Shown: piece by piece, positions 47,515 through 60,464 of the stretch
How the letters are laid out: the number at the start of each line of letters is the position of its first letter
Numbering within the stretch: position 1 is the stretch's first letter
Source of the DNA: Eledone cirrhosa
Taxonomy: Eukaryota
DNA: 64,000 nucleotides
Reading direction: 5' to 3'
Assembly: GCA_964016885.1 (NCBI GenBank)
Contig: OZ024743.1
Coordinates: 376,402,001 to 376,466,000 of the forward strand
Made by a program: the position numbers and the translations under genes
The notes under the pieces: generated by a model
Seen by the model: the letters and a program-made list of their open reading frames with translations, nothing else
Told to the model about the DNA's origin: nothing
Databases searched by the model: none

Positions 47515-47920
47515 CTGTTTTCTGTTATCTGTTATCTGTTATCTGTTACCTGTTATCAGTTAACTCTTATCTATTAACTGTTATCTGTTAACTTCTAACT
47601 GTTATCTGATAACTGTTACCTGTTAACTTTTACCTGTTAGCTGTTAACTGTTAACTGTTACCTGTTTATTGTTTCTGCTAGTTGTTATCTGTTAACAGTT
47701 ATCTATTAACTGTTATCTGTTAACTTTTAACTGTTATCTGATAACTGATACCTGTTAAATCTTACCTGTAGGCTGTTACCTGTTTACTGTTATCCGTTAA
47801 CTGTTATCTGTTATTTGTTAATTTCTAACTGTTATATATTATATGTTAACTGTTTACGGTTAACTGTTAACCGTTATTTGTCCTATGTTATGTCAACTAT
47901 TATCTGTTATATGTTGAATA
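47515..47920. repeat. Degenerate CTGTTAW heptamer satellite, resuming at 48485-48620
   Basis: Direct reading. Confidence 0.85.
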
Positions 47921-48039
47921 TTCTGTTTCAATTATAAAATAGCGTTGTGACACATAATTAAGAAATGATCCTTAAAAGCATTGTCTTACATATGTATCAA
48001 CTGTTATCCATTATACAGATTGCTTGACTGATTGCAAGT

Positions 48040-48482
48040 GAAGTGTGCATGAACTGTGCATGAACCGTTTCGAAGATTATCACCGAAGATTTGGGCATAC
48101 GGAAGATCTTCATGAACATGCTACTAAATCTGCTAAATGATGACCAGAAGGAACGGCGCATACAGATGTGTTAATACATCCTCGTGTGTCTTCAAACCGA
48201 ACCAGATTTTCTGGAGACTTTTTCCGTTTCCCCAAGCTCAAGAGGGTCATCAAGGGGACTCGTTTTCTGGATGTGAAAGCCACCAAGAAGGCAATGACGA
48301 TAGAACTGCGGAGATTCCCGAGAGAATCCTTCTAGGAGTGTATATAGACGTGGCAGAGATGGTTGGAAAAGTGTTAGATTCGAGGGGGATTATTTCGAAG
48401 GGGAAAAACCTATAGTTTGTAGTTTGGATTTGAATTTTCATTTTGCTACCTCAGTCCTGTTTATTTTCTGACACACCTCGTA
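48040..48482 (+). mobile_element. Internally deleted mariner element
   Basis: IITEDLGIRK, DDQKERR, FPKLKRVIKGTRF, KCVRFEGDYFEG remnants; right TIR ..ctgacacacctcgTA. Confidence 0.8.
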
Positions 48483-48661
48483 TGTCAGTTATGATCTGTT
48501 ATCTGTCCCCTATTAACTGTTATCTGTCATCTATTAACAGTTATATGTCAGCTATTAACTGCTATCTGTTACCTGTTAATTTTTATCTGAAATCAGTTAT
48601 TTCTTATCTGATATCAATATGTTGTTATGTAATTCAATAGTGACATAGTCTTTTTTATTAA

Positions 48662-48738
<77 letters not shown>

Positions 48739-49079
48739 CTCTCTCTATCTATCTCTATATATATATGTGTGGCTGTGTGCATGTGTGCGTGCGTGTGTGC
48801 GTGTGTGTGTGTTTGAAATTGGTTAGACCATTGCTCGACAGAGTAGTCGGTACTTGGGGTAGTAGAGTATGGTTATATTATAAAGAGTTGAGACCGGGGG
48901 TCCCAATGGCTGAGCTCTAGCTAGTTCCAGACATAGAAATACCAACCAAAAGACCGTCTGATACAACTCGCCAATTAAGGAGAAGTTTAATATTAATTAA
49001 AGGTTAATTAGTCTCTAATACATAACAATCTCAATGATGCTTCTGAGAGTCATATCTTATCTATATATTTTATCTCCTG

Positions 49080-49354
<275 letters not shown>

Positions 49355-49377
49355 CTGTGTGTGTGTGTATATATATA

Positions 49378-49415
<38 letters not shown>

Positions 49416-49622
49416 ATTGGAAATTTAGTAAAATCGATCGAATCTATGGCGGTTTGCAAGTAAATTCGGCCTACTTATATGATGTGATGAGTTAACAAAG
49501 CACTCGATAAGGTAGGTCCTTAGAGTAATAACATACGTTTAAATAGCTTGACAAATCGAACATTGTGGTAGACGAAATCTAACACACAATAATATACCAA
49601 AGTAACGATAGAACTAACAGGT

Positions 49623-49674
<52 letters not shown>

Positions 49675-49780
49675 TAATATGTAAGTGATGAAACATAGAT
49701 ACCCTGCTCAGGGGATATTTTTTCCTCATTCGAGCTGATTCCATTGTAAAAGAATTCATTACCTTATTAATATATCTATA

Positions 49781-49870
<90 letters not shown>

Positions 49871-49875
<5 letters not shown>

Positions 49876-49988
49876 AACCAGTAAGACCCCGACAGCTGAG
49901 CTCAAGCCGTTTCGACGGCTAAAAAAACGGCTTTTTTTAGCCGTCGAAACGGCTTGAGCTCAGCTGTCGGGGTCTTACTGGTTCCTAT
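49871..49988. repeat. Perfect 57-bp-arm inverted repeat with 4-nt loop
   Basis: 49871-49927 is the exact reverse complement of 49932-49988. Confidence 0.95.
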
Positions 49989-50064
49989 TACCCACTCTAC
50001 TACCTCAAGTATTGAGTACTTTGGTGCGTTATGGTCCACCTGGTTCCTTACCACATTTCCTTCG

Positions 50065-50106
<42 letters not shown>

Positions 50107-50107
<1 letters not shown>

Positions 50108-50610
50108 TATGTATACGTACATACATATATGTATACAGACGTACAGTAGTATGTGTATATATACATACTACTGTACGTCTGTATACATATGTGTATGTAC
50201 GTATACATACATACATACTTACATTTAAGTAATTGCCGTACTAAGAGTGAGAAATGAAATTTCGTTTCATTTTTTTCATTTATCGTTTCGGTGCGCCCGG
50301 CCGATTAACTTACTCGATATGCAAATTAGGCTGCTCAGCCGTTAATATGCATAAGGCAAGTATATACTTTCAGATGTTCAATCATCTGGCAGAAGGGTAT
50401 ACGATGCTGACGATAGCTAATAAGATTGAAACTAGTACATAAATGTTCGGTAAATCCATACGTACATATATATATATGTGTGCATGTATGTATATATATA
50501 CATACTACTGTACGTATGTATACATATATGTATGTACGTATACATACTTATATTTAAGTAACAGCCGTACTAAGAGTGAGAAATGAAATTTCGTTTCATT
50601 TTTTGCATTT
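50107..50610 (+). mobile_element. HHR-bearing non-coding repeat (329-nt period) with 5' fold-back; hammerhead at 50404-50440
   Basis: atg-CTGACGA-tagct(aata)agatt-GAAA-ctag-TA-cat; taagagtgagaaatgaaatttcg at 50242 and 50571. Confidence 0.8.
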
Positions 50611-50635
50611 ATATCTGTATATCTATATATCTATA

Positions 50636-50707
<72 letters not shown>

Positions 50708-51532
50708 TCTCTCTCTCTCTCTCTCTCTCTCTCTAAAATATATACCGTTTCCTCTCCCAATTACCATAATTAACCATATAAAAAATCAATTAGACCAAGC
50801 TATAAGAATAAAGGCTCCTATGAAGAAATCGCCGACAAATAACCGAAAGCAGCCCCTTCGCGGTGGTTACGACGGATCATTTATCGAATATTTCGACAGC
50901 ATGTATAAATCGACCAGATATACAGTCAACTAGACAGAATTAGGTGTAAAATAAACTAGAAGAAAAGTGTACATCTCACATATTATAGATACATGTCTCA
51001 TTCATGAATACTGATATTTACATTATAATGCCTGTTTTATACTTTCTACATGATGAAACATAGCGTTTTTTAAACTCTGCCTCGTTTATGTCTGGTTATT
51101 TTTCATTTTCTCTTTTTCATTTTCTCTTTTTTCTCTTTTTTCTCTCTATATAACGTCTATTTTCTCTCTTAACTACATACATCTCTCTTTACATTAATAC
51201 TAGAGCTAAATAAATAAATAAATAAATAAATGTATCAACTGATACTCAACTACCTAGTTTCTCTATCTATCTCTATCTATCTCTTTCTTTTTTCCTCTCT
51301 CTATATATCTCTCTCTGTTTCTTTACATGAAGTTCTTCTCTTTATCTATCTTTCTATATCTCTCTATTTAGTCACATGCATTTCTTCTTTTTCTTCGTTT
51401 TTCTTCCTTTCTTTCTTTCTCTCTTTCTTTTTACAACTGTCCACAATATTTTTTACTGCCAAATCAACCTCCCAAATGCAAGTCGATTGAAAGGTATGTC
51501 GTATCTATTTATTTATAAGACTGTTTATATTG

Positions 51533-51598
51533 TATTTTGTCTGAAGAAGGCATAACATATTGTTAATATGATATCCCTGAAATATATATAATGAAATA
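51533..51598 (+). ncRNA. Hammerhead motif in a ~200-bp repeat (51530-51730)
   Basis: tattttgt-CTGAAGA-agg..cct-GAAA-tatata-TA-atgaaata. Confidence 0.65.
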
Positions 51599-51726
51599 AA
51601 TATGGTTTTATAAATATAGTTTCCATTTATTTAATATCATAAATATACTCCAAATACTTGTTGAGTGCTTTTATATCAGTTATAAATATTTACTCGTTGT
51701 TAACCCAACAATTTAAATATAACTTT

Positions 51727-51819
<93 letters not shown>

Positions 51820-52757
51820 AAACATAAAACATAAATAAATATAAGTTAGACATGGTCTGTGCCAATACTGGCCGAAACCTATCAAAGTTGTATATTTATA
51901 AATTATATATATATATAATAATATATATGTATGTATATATATAGATATATACATATATATATATATACACACATATATATGTACACACGCATTCAACATA
52001 AGTAGAACAGAATAGAAGAATAGTATAAGGCGTGAATCTAAGCAGCTGTAAGAAACGTTTCCCAATTTACCAGGGACGGAGAGTTCCGGAAGTTGTAAAA
52101 GTTCCATTAGTGAACTGCTGTGAACAGCGGGAGGATGTTCCCCTCGTATAATCAGAATACCATCACAGACACACACACACAGATACACAGACATACACAC
52201 ACACACACACACACGCACAGACACACATACAGACATATGCACACAAACACAGGACACACATACACACACAAACACACACGCACTGACACACACACACAAA
52301 CACACAAACATACACACATACACACACAAACACACACACACACACACACATACACGCGAATCAAATAGACACAGACACAGACACAGACACACAAATATAC
52401 ACCCACACACAGACACACACAAACACACGCAGACACAGACACACAGACACACACAGAAGCACACACAGAGACACACACATAGACGCATACAGACACACAG
52501 ACACACACACAGACACACACACAGACACACACCGAGACTCATACACACACACACACATACACACACACACACACGCGCGCCACACTCTATCCTCTTCACA
52601 ATGTTGTTTATAACTTTAGGTGAGTGTATATACTAACAAAGAAATGTTAGATATACTCCTCCTCCCGCCACACACAGAAACATCCCAGATTCTCTTGTCT
52701 CACACACACACATACAGACACGTATATATATATATTTATGTACACACATACAGACAC

Positions 52758-52805
<48 letters not shown>

Positions 52806-53259
52806 ATGTGTGTGTGTGTGTGTATTCAGAAACCTATATATATATATATATATAGGTATTCAGAAACCTATATATATATATATATATTTTTTTTTTTTTG
52901 TGACACCGCTCAATAAGCCAAAATGAAGCGCATTATGAGACAAAGCTTTTCTTGAACAGAATATCTTGTTAACTTATTTAGACGACAAAGCAGGAAGAAA
53001 AAAAAACAAAAAAACAACGCAGAATTCAGATGAAAACTCAGGAAAATGAAAATGAACAAGTTTATATTATTCTTGCTATTTCTTACAATCCGAGGAATCC
53101 CAATGCTCTGAACACATCTAAAAGATATATCTCGATTCGTCAACTATCCCTTAAAATTAAAGAACTTCGTACACAATTTCAGATAATTTAGTCTAGACAC
53201 CAAGCACCCAATCTCAAGAAACTGTAGATTAAGGAAAAATTTACACCGAAAGGGAAATA

Positions 53260-53390
53260 ATTGTTTCTACTTTAGGCACAAGGCCAGCAATTATCCAGTG
53301 CATTACTGGTACTTTATTTTATCGACCCCGTAAGGATGAAAGGCAAAGTCAACCTCGGCGGGATTTGAACTCAGATCGTAAAGGGACACC
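53260..53390 (-). mobile_element. 5'-truncated young SINE with 19-bp TSD
   Basis: acaccgaaagggaaataat on both sides. Confidence 0.9.
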
Positions 53391-53996
53391 GAAAGGGAAA
53401 TAATGTGGGTTGATGAATGTGGTGGCTGGCCCTCCATGTGGAACATGTTAGTACCCTCAGGTCACGAATAATCGCTCCATCACCTGTTTATTAATTTTTC
53501 AGGTCACCCCTCATTTATTAAGTTTTGCCAATCTATCTCGGTGAAATTTTATCTGAAGTGACAGCATTCCTGCGACAATTAATTTTCTTTATACATTAAA
53601 AAAACATACGACAAAAAAGTGCATTACAAGAAATCTCACACGTTATAAAATAAATAGAATGTGTTGGGGTCTCGAACGATAAACTAAGCGACTAATTCTA
53701 GATTTAAAAAGAAATCAATGAAGACAAACTAAAAAAATTACCGATTTTCCACCCTACCCACCGCTTATTCCAGCCCCCACTTATTCCATCACCCCCTATT
53801 ATTGGGGACTCGGAAGAAAATATATTGAAATAGGTGAAGAATTACTTTTAGAACAGAAAGAACATATAAAATTAACGCAAGTATTAATTCAACAATGCAA
53901 AGAATATTTTACCAGACAAACTAGAACAGTGTTATATGACAGGGTAAGAGTGTATACACACACACACAAACACACACACACACACACACACACACT

Positions 53997-54063
<67 letters not shown>

Positions 54064-54430
54064 GGAATTGAATAATCAAAACCTTAGCAGTATGTCGCAT
54101 ATACCAATCTCTCATATATTTTATCTCATGATAACGTACTCAAACACCATTGTACCTTTGATAAAATACATATTTTGGTTATGAGAATATTTTTCAATTA
54201 TTAATATATATATATATAAGAATAACATTATGAAAGATGGTGATGTTACATAAATCGTTTATTCATAATAATTATTTCAACGGTTCTCTCATGCAATCCA
54301 AGATGTAATTTCATGCATTTGTTGTTGTTAAGAGAACGGTATCCTTGGATGAAATTCGATTTTGTGATATGCCGCAGGCAGAAAAACACGTCCTTCTGTT
54401 TGAGCGCCGCCCGGTAGACATATATATATA

Positions 54431-54559
<129 letters not shown>

Positions 54560-55005
54560 TTTCGCATCTTACTCCATTGGAAAGCGTTTTGGCTTGTGTC
54601 AGACGCTGTGACCCCGGTTGGACCAGCAGCACCGTTGGTAGGACTCGAAACTGCTAAAGTTCATCACAACGGCTGATCACCCTGGGGTTCTGTGTCTTTC
54701 GTTTATATTTTTTTTATTAAAACTAAAAAATTTAAGATTTCCCTTTTAAAAAAATGGTTTTTCTTATATATATATATATATATATATATATAAGCAAAAG
54801 GGATATTCAATTTGTTGGTAATTCAACAAATATAAATGATTATAACTGATTGAGAGCACTCGACAAGATTTCTGGAGTATAATATTCAATGATATTAAAT
54901 AAAGGGAAACTATATTTATAAAACCATATTTATTCTATCCAAGGAAAACTTGAACCGTTAAGATATTTTTCCTTGGTTATCTCAAAATTTATAAAACAAA
55001 CTTTG

Positions 55006-55066
55006 TATTTTATCTGATGAAGGCGTACCAAAGTTTTGGTACCCTTGAAATATATATAATAGAATA
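55006..55066 (+). ncRNA. Hammerhead motif; inverted copy of its tail at 54790-54940
   Basis: tattttat-CTGATGA-aggc gtaccaaa(gt)tttggtac cctt-GAAA-tatata-TA-atagaata. Confidence 0.75.
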
Positions 55067-55114
55067 AATATGGTTTTATAAATATAGTTTCCATTTATTA
55101 TATATATATATATA

Positions 55115-55307
55115 GGGCGGTGGATTCGGTGGATTGGCAGTATGGGTGGAGGGTCGGACGCCATGCTTTCCAGCATAGTTACGTCCCTTTACGATCTGAG
55201 TTCAAATCCCGCCGAGGTTGACTTTGCCTTTCATCCTTACGGGGTCGATAAAATAAAGTACCAGTAATGCACTGGATAATTGCTGGCCTTGTGCCTAAAG
55301 TAGAAAC

Positions 55308-55311
<4 letters not shown>
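55115..55311 (+). mobile_element. Full-length tRNA-derived SINE in (TA)n
   Basis: Near-identical to the 12816 and 26047 copies. Confidence 0.9.
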
Positions 55312-55353
<42 letters not shown>

Positions 55354-55428
55354 GATCTACCGAATTATTATTATTTTTATATGAGCCGCCAGTGTCCGCG
55401 CATTGCCTGGAGACTTAACTGAGAATAG

Positions 55429-55510
55429 ACTCCCTGATGACGCAATGAATTCTCGACAGTTGGATTACGTAACTGTCTTTATCCCATTACAGAAACTAAT
55501 TAGTTGGAGT
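55429..55510 (+). ncRNA. Type-I hammerhead with extended helix II
   Basis: actcc-CTGATGA-cgcaatg..gacagtt(ggattacgt)aactgtc..cattaca-GAAA-ctaattag-TT-ggagt. Confidence 0.75.
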
Positions 55511-55701
55511 GGAAATTTAAGTAAGTAAAAAATAAAAAAAAAATTTTTTTTTAAAAATATTTTCTTATTTTACGTCCTTTATATTATTGTTCTGCATTCT
55601 CCTGCATTGAACCACCTAGGTACTATGACATAACCTGTGTATTTGCTAGCATGGGCGTGCATCTGTGCGCTTATGTTAGTTGATATATTAAAATTAAATT
55701 A

Positions 55702-55742
<41 letters not shown>

Positions 55743-56040
55743 TTTATATATATATATATACATATATACTTTTCTATTGGTCAATTCAAAATCTGTTCCC
55801 AAACAGACCTATTATATTAAATCTTTGTTGTTTTTTTTCAATAAACAAATATAATTATTTCTGAAGACAGCATATATATGTGTAGGTATGTATATTCCCT
55901 CTGATAGTTTGTAAAATTTTTACATAGATCTATATGATATACATACCAACACACACATATATATCCTAGAAACGATCGTAAAATGATGAATTTTTTAATA
56001 TAAGGAACTGTTTCTTTGTTTTTATTCATTGTTTTTATTA

Positions 56041-56101
<61 letters not shown>

Positions 56102-56295
56102 TGATCAGTCAGTAAGAAATACTATGTATAGCGAAAACTTTGAAAAGTACGGAGCTGGAAATCTAAACGTATTTATTTTATTCAGAAATATAAAATAAAA
56201 TAAAAAAGCGGAACAGAAAATGATATTTGAGCTAACGGAAATAGTCTTACATCAATATCAACAGTACGGGTTGTAAGTACCAGCAGTTTTCAACC

Positions 56296-56420
<125 letters not shown>

Positions 56421-56605
56421 CGTGTCTGTGTGTTCTTGTATGCATATATGTATATATGTATATATGTTACGCCTGTTTAGACAGACGAAACTCCAGAGTA
56501 ACAAGACTCACTATTTATCCTTAATAAAAGGAATATTAAATCTCTACTTCGGTATTGACTAATCTTTTCTCCCAGCCGGCAACCACATACGTTGATATAT
56601 ATATA

Positions 56606-56684
<79 letters not shown>

Positions 56685-56685
<1 letters not shown>

Positions 56686-57260
56686 GGAAAAAAATGAAAC
56701 GAAATTTCATTTCCCACTCTTAGTACGGCTGTTACTTAAATATAAGTATGTACACGTACATACATATATGTATACAGACGTACAGTAGTATGTATATATA
56801 TATACATACACGCACACATATATATATGTACGTAATGAATTCACCGAACATTTATTATAATGCTCGGTGTGTTTGTAAACAAACATCCCGTATTAAGCCG
56901 TAGTGTCCAGCAACCATCGTTTCTCGTTTGTTCAAAACTGACAAAGGAACGCTGTACTAGTTTCAAGCTTATTAGCTATCGTCAGCAACGTATACCTTCC
57001 TGCCAGATTGTTGAACGTATATACTTACCTTATGCATATTAACGGCTAAGTAGCCCAATTTGCATATCGAGTGGGTTAATCGGCCGGGTGCACCGAAAAC
57101 GATAAACGAAAAAATGAAACGAAATTTCATTTCCAACTCTTATAATAAATGTTCGGTGAATTCATACGTACAACATATATATATGTGTGCGTGTATGTAT
57201 ATATATATACATACTACTGTACGTCTGTATACATATATGTATGTACGTGTACATACTTAT
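56685..57260 (-). mobile_element. 420-nt HHR-bearing non-coding unit with terminal redundancy and an inverted 5' piece
   Basis: aaaatgaaacgaaatttcatttcc.actctta at 56691 and 57111; 57141-57260 is the reverse complement of ~56740-56860. Confidence 0.8.
56949..56991 (-). ncRNA. Minimal type-I hammerhead motif
   Basis: Reverse complement: acgttg-CTGACGA-t agct(aata)agct t-GAAA-ctag-TA-cagcgt. Confidence 0.8.
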
Positions 57261-57342
57261 ATATATATGTATATATACATATATATATATCAACGTATGT
57301 GGTATATATATATGTATATATATGTATATAAAACAAATTTTG

Positions 57343-57407
57343 TATTTTATCTGATGAAAGCGCACCAAGATTGGCTTGGTCGCCCTTGAAATATATATAA
57401 TAAAATA
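57343..57407 (+). ncRNA. Hammerhead motif in a ~200-bp repeat (57325-57540)
   Basis: tattttat-CTGATGA-aagcgc accaag(attgg)cttggt cgccctt-GAAA-tatata-TA-ataaaata. Confidence 0.75.
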
Positions 57408-57547
57408 ATCATGGTTTTATAAATATAGTTTCCATTTATTAATATATTGAACATTTACTCCAGTGTACTGTTGAGTGCTCTATATCAGTTATAAACTTTT
57501 AAGTTTGTTGGAATCCCAACAAATTAAATATAACTTCTACATATATG

Positions 57548-57598
<51 letters not shown>

Positions 57599-57602
57599 GT
57601 GT

Positions 57603-57902
57603 GAAGGCGCTTGGCTTTGTGGTTAAGGAATTCGATTCACAATCGTAAGGTTGTGAGTTCGATTCCTGGCGGCGAGTTGTGTCCTTGAACTAGACACTTT
57701 ATTTCACGTTAGCCAAAGTGAGTTGTACCTGTAATTCGCAGAGCCAGCCTTATCCCATTCTGTGACACAGTGACTCTCCCTGAGAACTACGTCAAGGGTA
57801 CGCGTGTCTGAGGAATGCTCCACCACTTGCACGTTCATTTCACGAGCAGGGTGTTCAGTTGATCAACTGGAACACTCCTCGTCGTAACCGATGGAGTGCC
57901 AA
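57603..57902 (+). mobile_element. Second tRNA-derived SINE family; head also at 25658-25735
   Basis: A-box tggctttgtgg, B-box gagttcgattcc, body gtgtccttgaactagacact. Confidence 0.8.
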
Positions 57903-57958
57903 GATACACACACACACATATATATATGTATGTATGTAAATACAATAATTTAAACACG

Positions 57959-58041
<83 letters not shown>

Positions 58042-58981
58042 AAAGACATTAATTTAAACAGGAATTGATGTGTCATGGACTAACCTAATTCTGTAGTAAT
58101 TACCTGAATATAAGACCAGTCTTTTATATCACTTTGACCTTCACGTTTTGTAACATTATCAGATGTAACGATATTGTGTGGTTCAGCAATAGTTGTTAGT
58201 GTCAGAGTAACATGACACTGTAGCATAGTGTCACAGTGACACATGACACAATGACACAGTATCACACTGGATCATCCTAAGAACAGTAGACATGGTTATG
58301 GTATCCTCAGCCACTTCCACGAAAATTACTGCTAGATAGAATAAGCTGTTCTTTTTAATAGAACAACTAGAACACTCATCGTCGAAATTGATGGAGGTCC
58401 ATTCCAATACTTCTTTCCAGATTTCTTAAAAGTAAGCTAGTAAAATAATGATGGCCCACCTTCTATACTCCCACGGTTAATCGCTAACAGAGTTCTATTG
58501 AGTAAATGATTTTCGGTAAATTCTTCACTGAAGTGGCATATTAGTAGGACGTGATAAAATCTTCTAATGTAATATAAACATTGTTGATGTTTGAATTATT
58601 GATCTCTAGTTTTTTAATCTTTTAATCCTGCTAATTGTTACATCTGTTGAAATCTTTAATCAATCAATTAAATATTCCAATCATACAGGAAATTGACTTT
58701 TATTAATTATAATTGAATAACGTAAACATCTTATGAGCCATGTATTAAATATGTTCAAATTCTATTTTATTCCGTTACTGTTTACAATCATTAGACTGCG
58801 GCCTTGCTGGGGCATTGCCTTCCGAGGTTTTAGTCATATCATATCAATCCGATAAATATTCTATACCTGTCGAGTAGTCATTTGATCAATCTCTATTTGT
58901 CGAACTGCAATGTCATTCGGCATAACCGAACATGGAAAGATATGCACACACACGCGCACGCCATAACACATATATATATAT

Positions 58982-59031
<50 letters not shown>

Positions 59032-59109
59032 CACGCTCGTATGTTTTTTTTTTCTGTTACTCCCACTTCCCTCTCTCTGTCTATCTATTTCATCTTTTTC
59101 TCAGTCTAT

Positions 59110-59143
59110 CTTCTGATGAAGGGCTTGTGTTCGAAACGTTAAG
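59110..59143 (+). ncRNA. Minimal hammerhead motif
   Basis: ctt-CTGATGA-agggc(ttgt)gttc-GAAA-cg-TT-aag; similar to the 8754 motif. Confidence 0.65.
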
Positions 59144-59491
59144 TCTCTTTCCTTATTTCTTCATTGTACTGTGTCGTTTGCTTTGTTATTTCTGTTTTCT
59201 TTTTATACATGACTGGCCTTTAAGTAAAAAGTACAATTCATCCAATGTGCTTCCAAACAGAGTAGACCTCCACCAGCTTCGGAGATGTGTGTTCCAGTTG
59301 TTTTATGAAATTAACTGGTAAATAGATGAATATTTCACAACCACGGGAAACATGAACACAATTCTTAAGGTGAAAGTTTATTAAGTTTGACACAATGTGT
59401 AACAAGGTTGGTTTATTGTATTACAAACCATCCGATGGGCTTCATTGTATTACAGTCCATCCGATGGGCTTCCTAACCGTTTCTATCTACC

Positions 59492-59792
59492 CAGGGCCGG
59501 ATTTAAACGGAGGAGGGGGGAATATGGGGGCAATTGTCCTGGCCTCCTGCAGTGAGCGGCCCCACCAGTGACGGCCGTGACAATTTCTTTATGCCCTTAG
59601 CTGGGATTTTTAGTTTTAGGATCGTTAGAATTTTGAATTTAATACCTGTATGTATAACGTTTCAGTTCAAATTACTAGCACCAAGCTAACTTTGATATGT
59701 AAAATTGGGGGGTCTCCTATTTTGTTTTTTTGTGTATGAGAAGCCCTCAAAACCTGTAGTGCTCCGACCCCCCAGGTCTAAATCCAACTCTG
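59492..59792. mobile_element. hAT-like MITE
   Basis: Imperfect TIRs CAGGGCCGGATTTA / TAAATCCAACTCTG; no clear 8-bp TSD. Confidence 0.65.
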
Positions 59793-60013
59793 CTCTTCCA
59801 CCAGCTCCGAAGATGTGTGTTTCAGTTGTTTTATGAAATTAACTGGTAAATAGATGAACATTTCACAACCACGGGAAACATGAACACAATTCTTAAGGTG
59901 AAGGTGATTAAGTTTGACACAGTGTGTAACAAGGCTGATTCATCATTGAATTGCAGTCAATCCGATGAGCTTCCTAACAATTTCCGTCTAGCTAATTTCA
60001 CTCAGAAGATTTC

Positions 60014-60464
60014 TGTCGACATAAAGCAATGGTAAATGATACTAGCCCAAGACACCACGTAATGGGATAAAATCCATGGTTCAATTATTGCCAAGCGAGC
60101 TTCTTAACCATTCAGCCATGTTGTGTCGACACAAAGCTATGGTAAATGATACGAGCCCATGATGCCACGTAATGGGATCAAATCCGTGGCTCAATTATTG
60201 CCAAGCGAGCTTCTTAACCATTCAGTTCAGCTATGTTGTGTCGACACAAAGCTATGGTAAATGATACGAGCCCATGATGCCACGTAATGGGATCAAAACC
60301 GTGGCTCAATTATTGCCAAGCGAGCTTCTTAACCATTCAGTTCAGCTATGTTGTGTCGACACAAAGCTATGGTAAATGATACGAGCCCATGATGCCACGT
60401 AATGGGATCAAAACCGTGGCTCAATTATTGCCAAGCGAGCTTCTTAACCATTCAGCCATGTTGT
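60014..60464 (-). repeat. Four-copy 110-115-bp tandem array derived from a SINE tRNA-like head
   Basis: tgtcgac at 60014, 60124, 60239 and 60354; reverse complement has A-box tggctgaatgg; the SINE body continues to ~59900. Confidence 0.85.

Noticed and set aside
57603-57672. tRNA gene
   Set aside because: A/B boxes continue into a SINE body and the cloverleaf is imperfect
58270-58420. Possible CR1/Jockey RT remnant
   Set aside because: Too degenerate to support without an alignment
60014-60464. CRISPR-like array
   Set aside because: Whole units are near-identical with no variable spacers; SINE-derived; eukaryotic context with no cas genes
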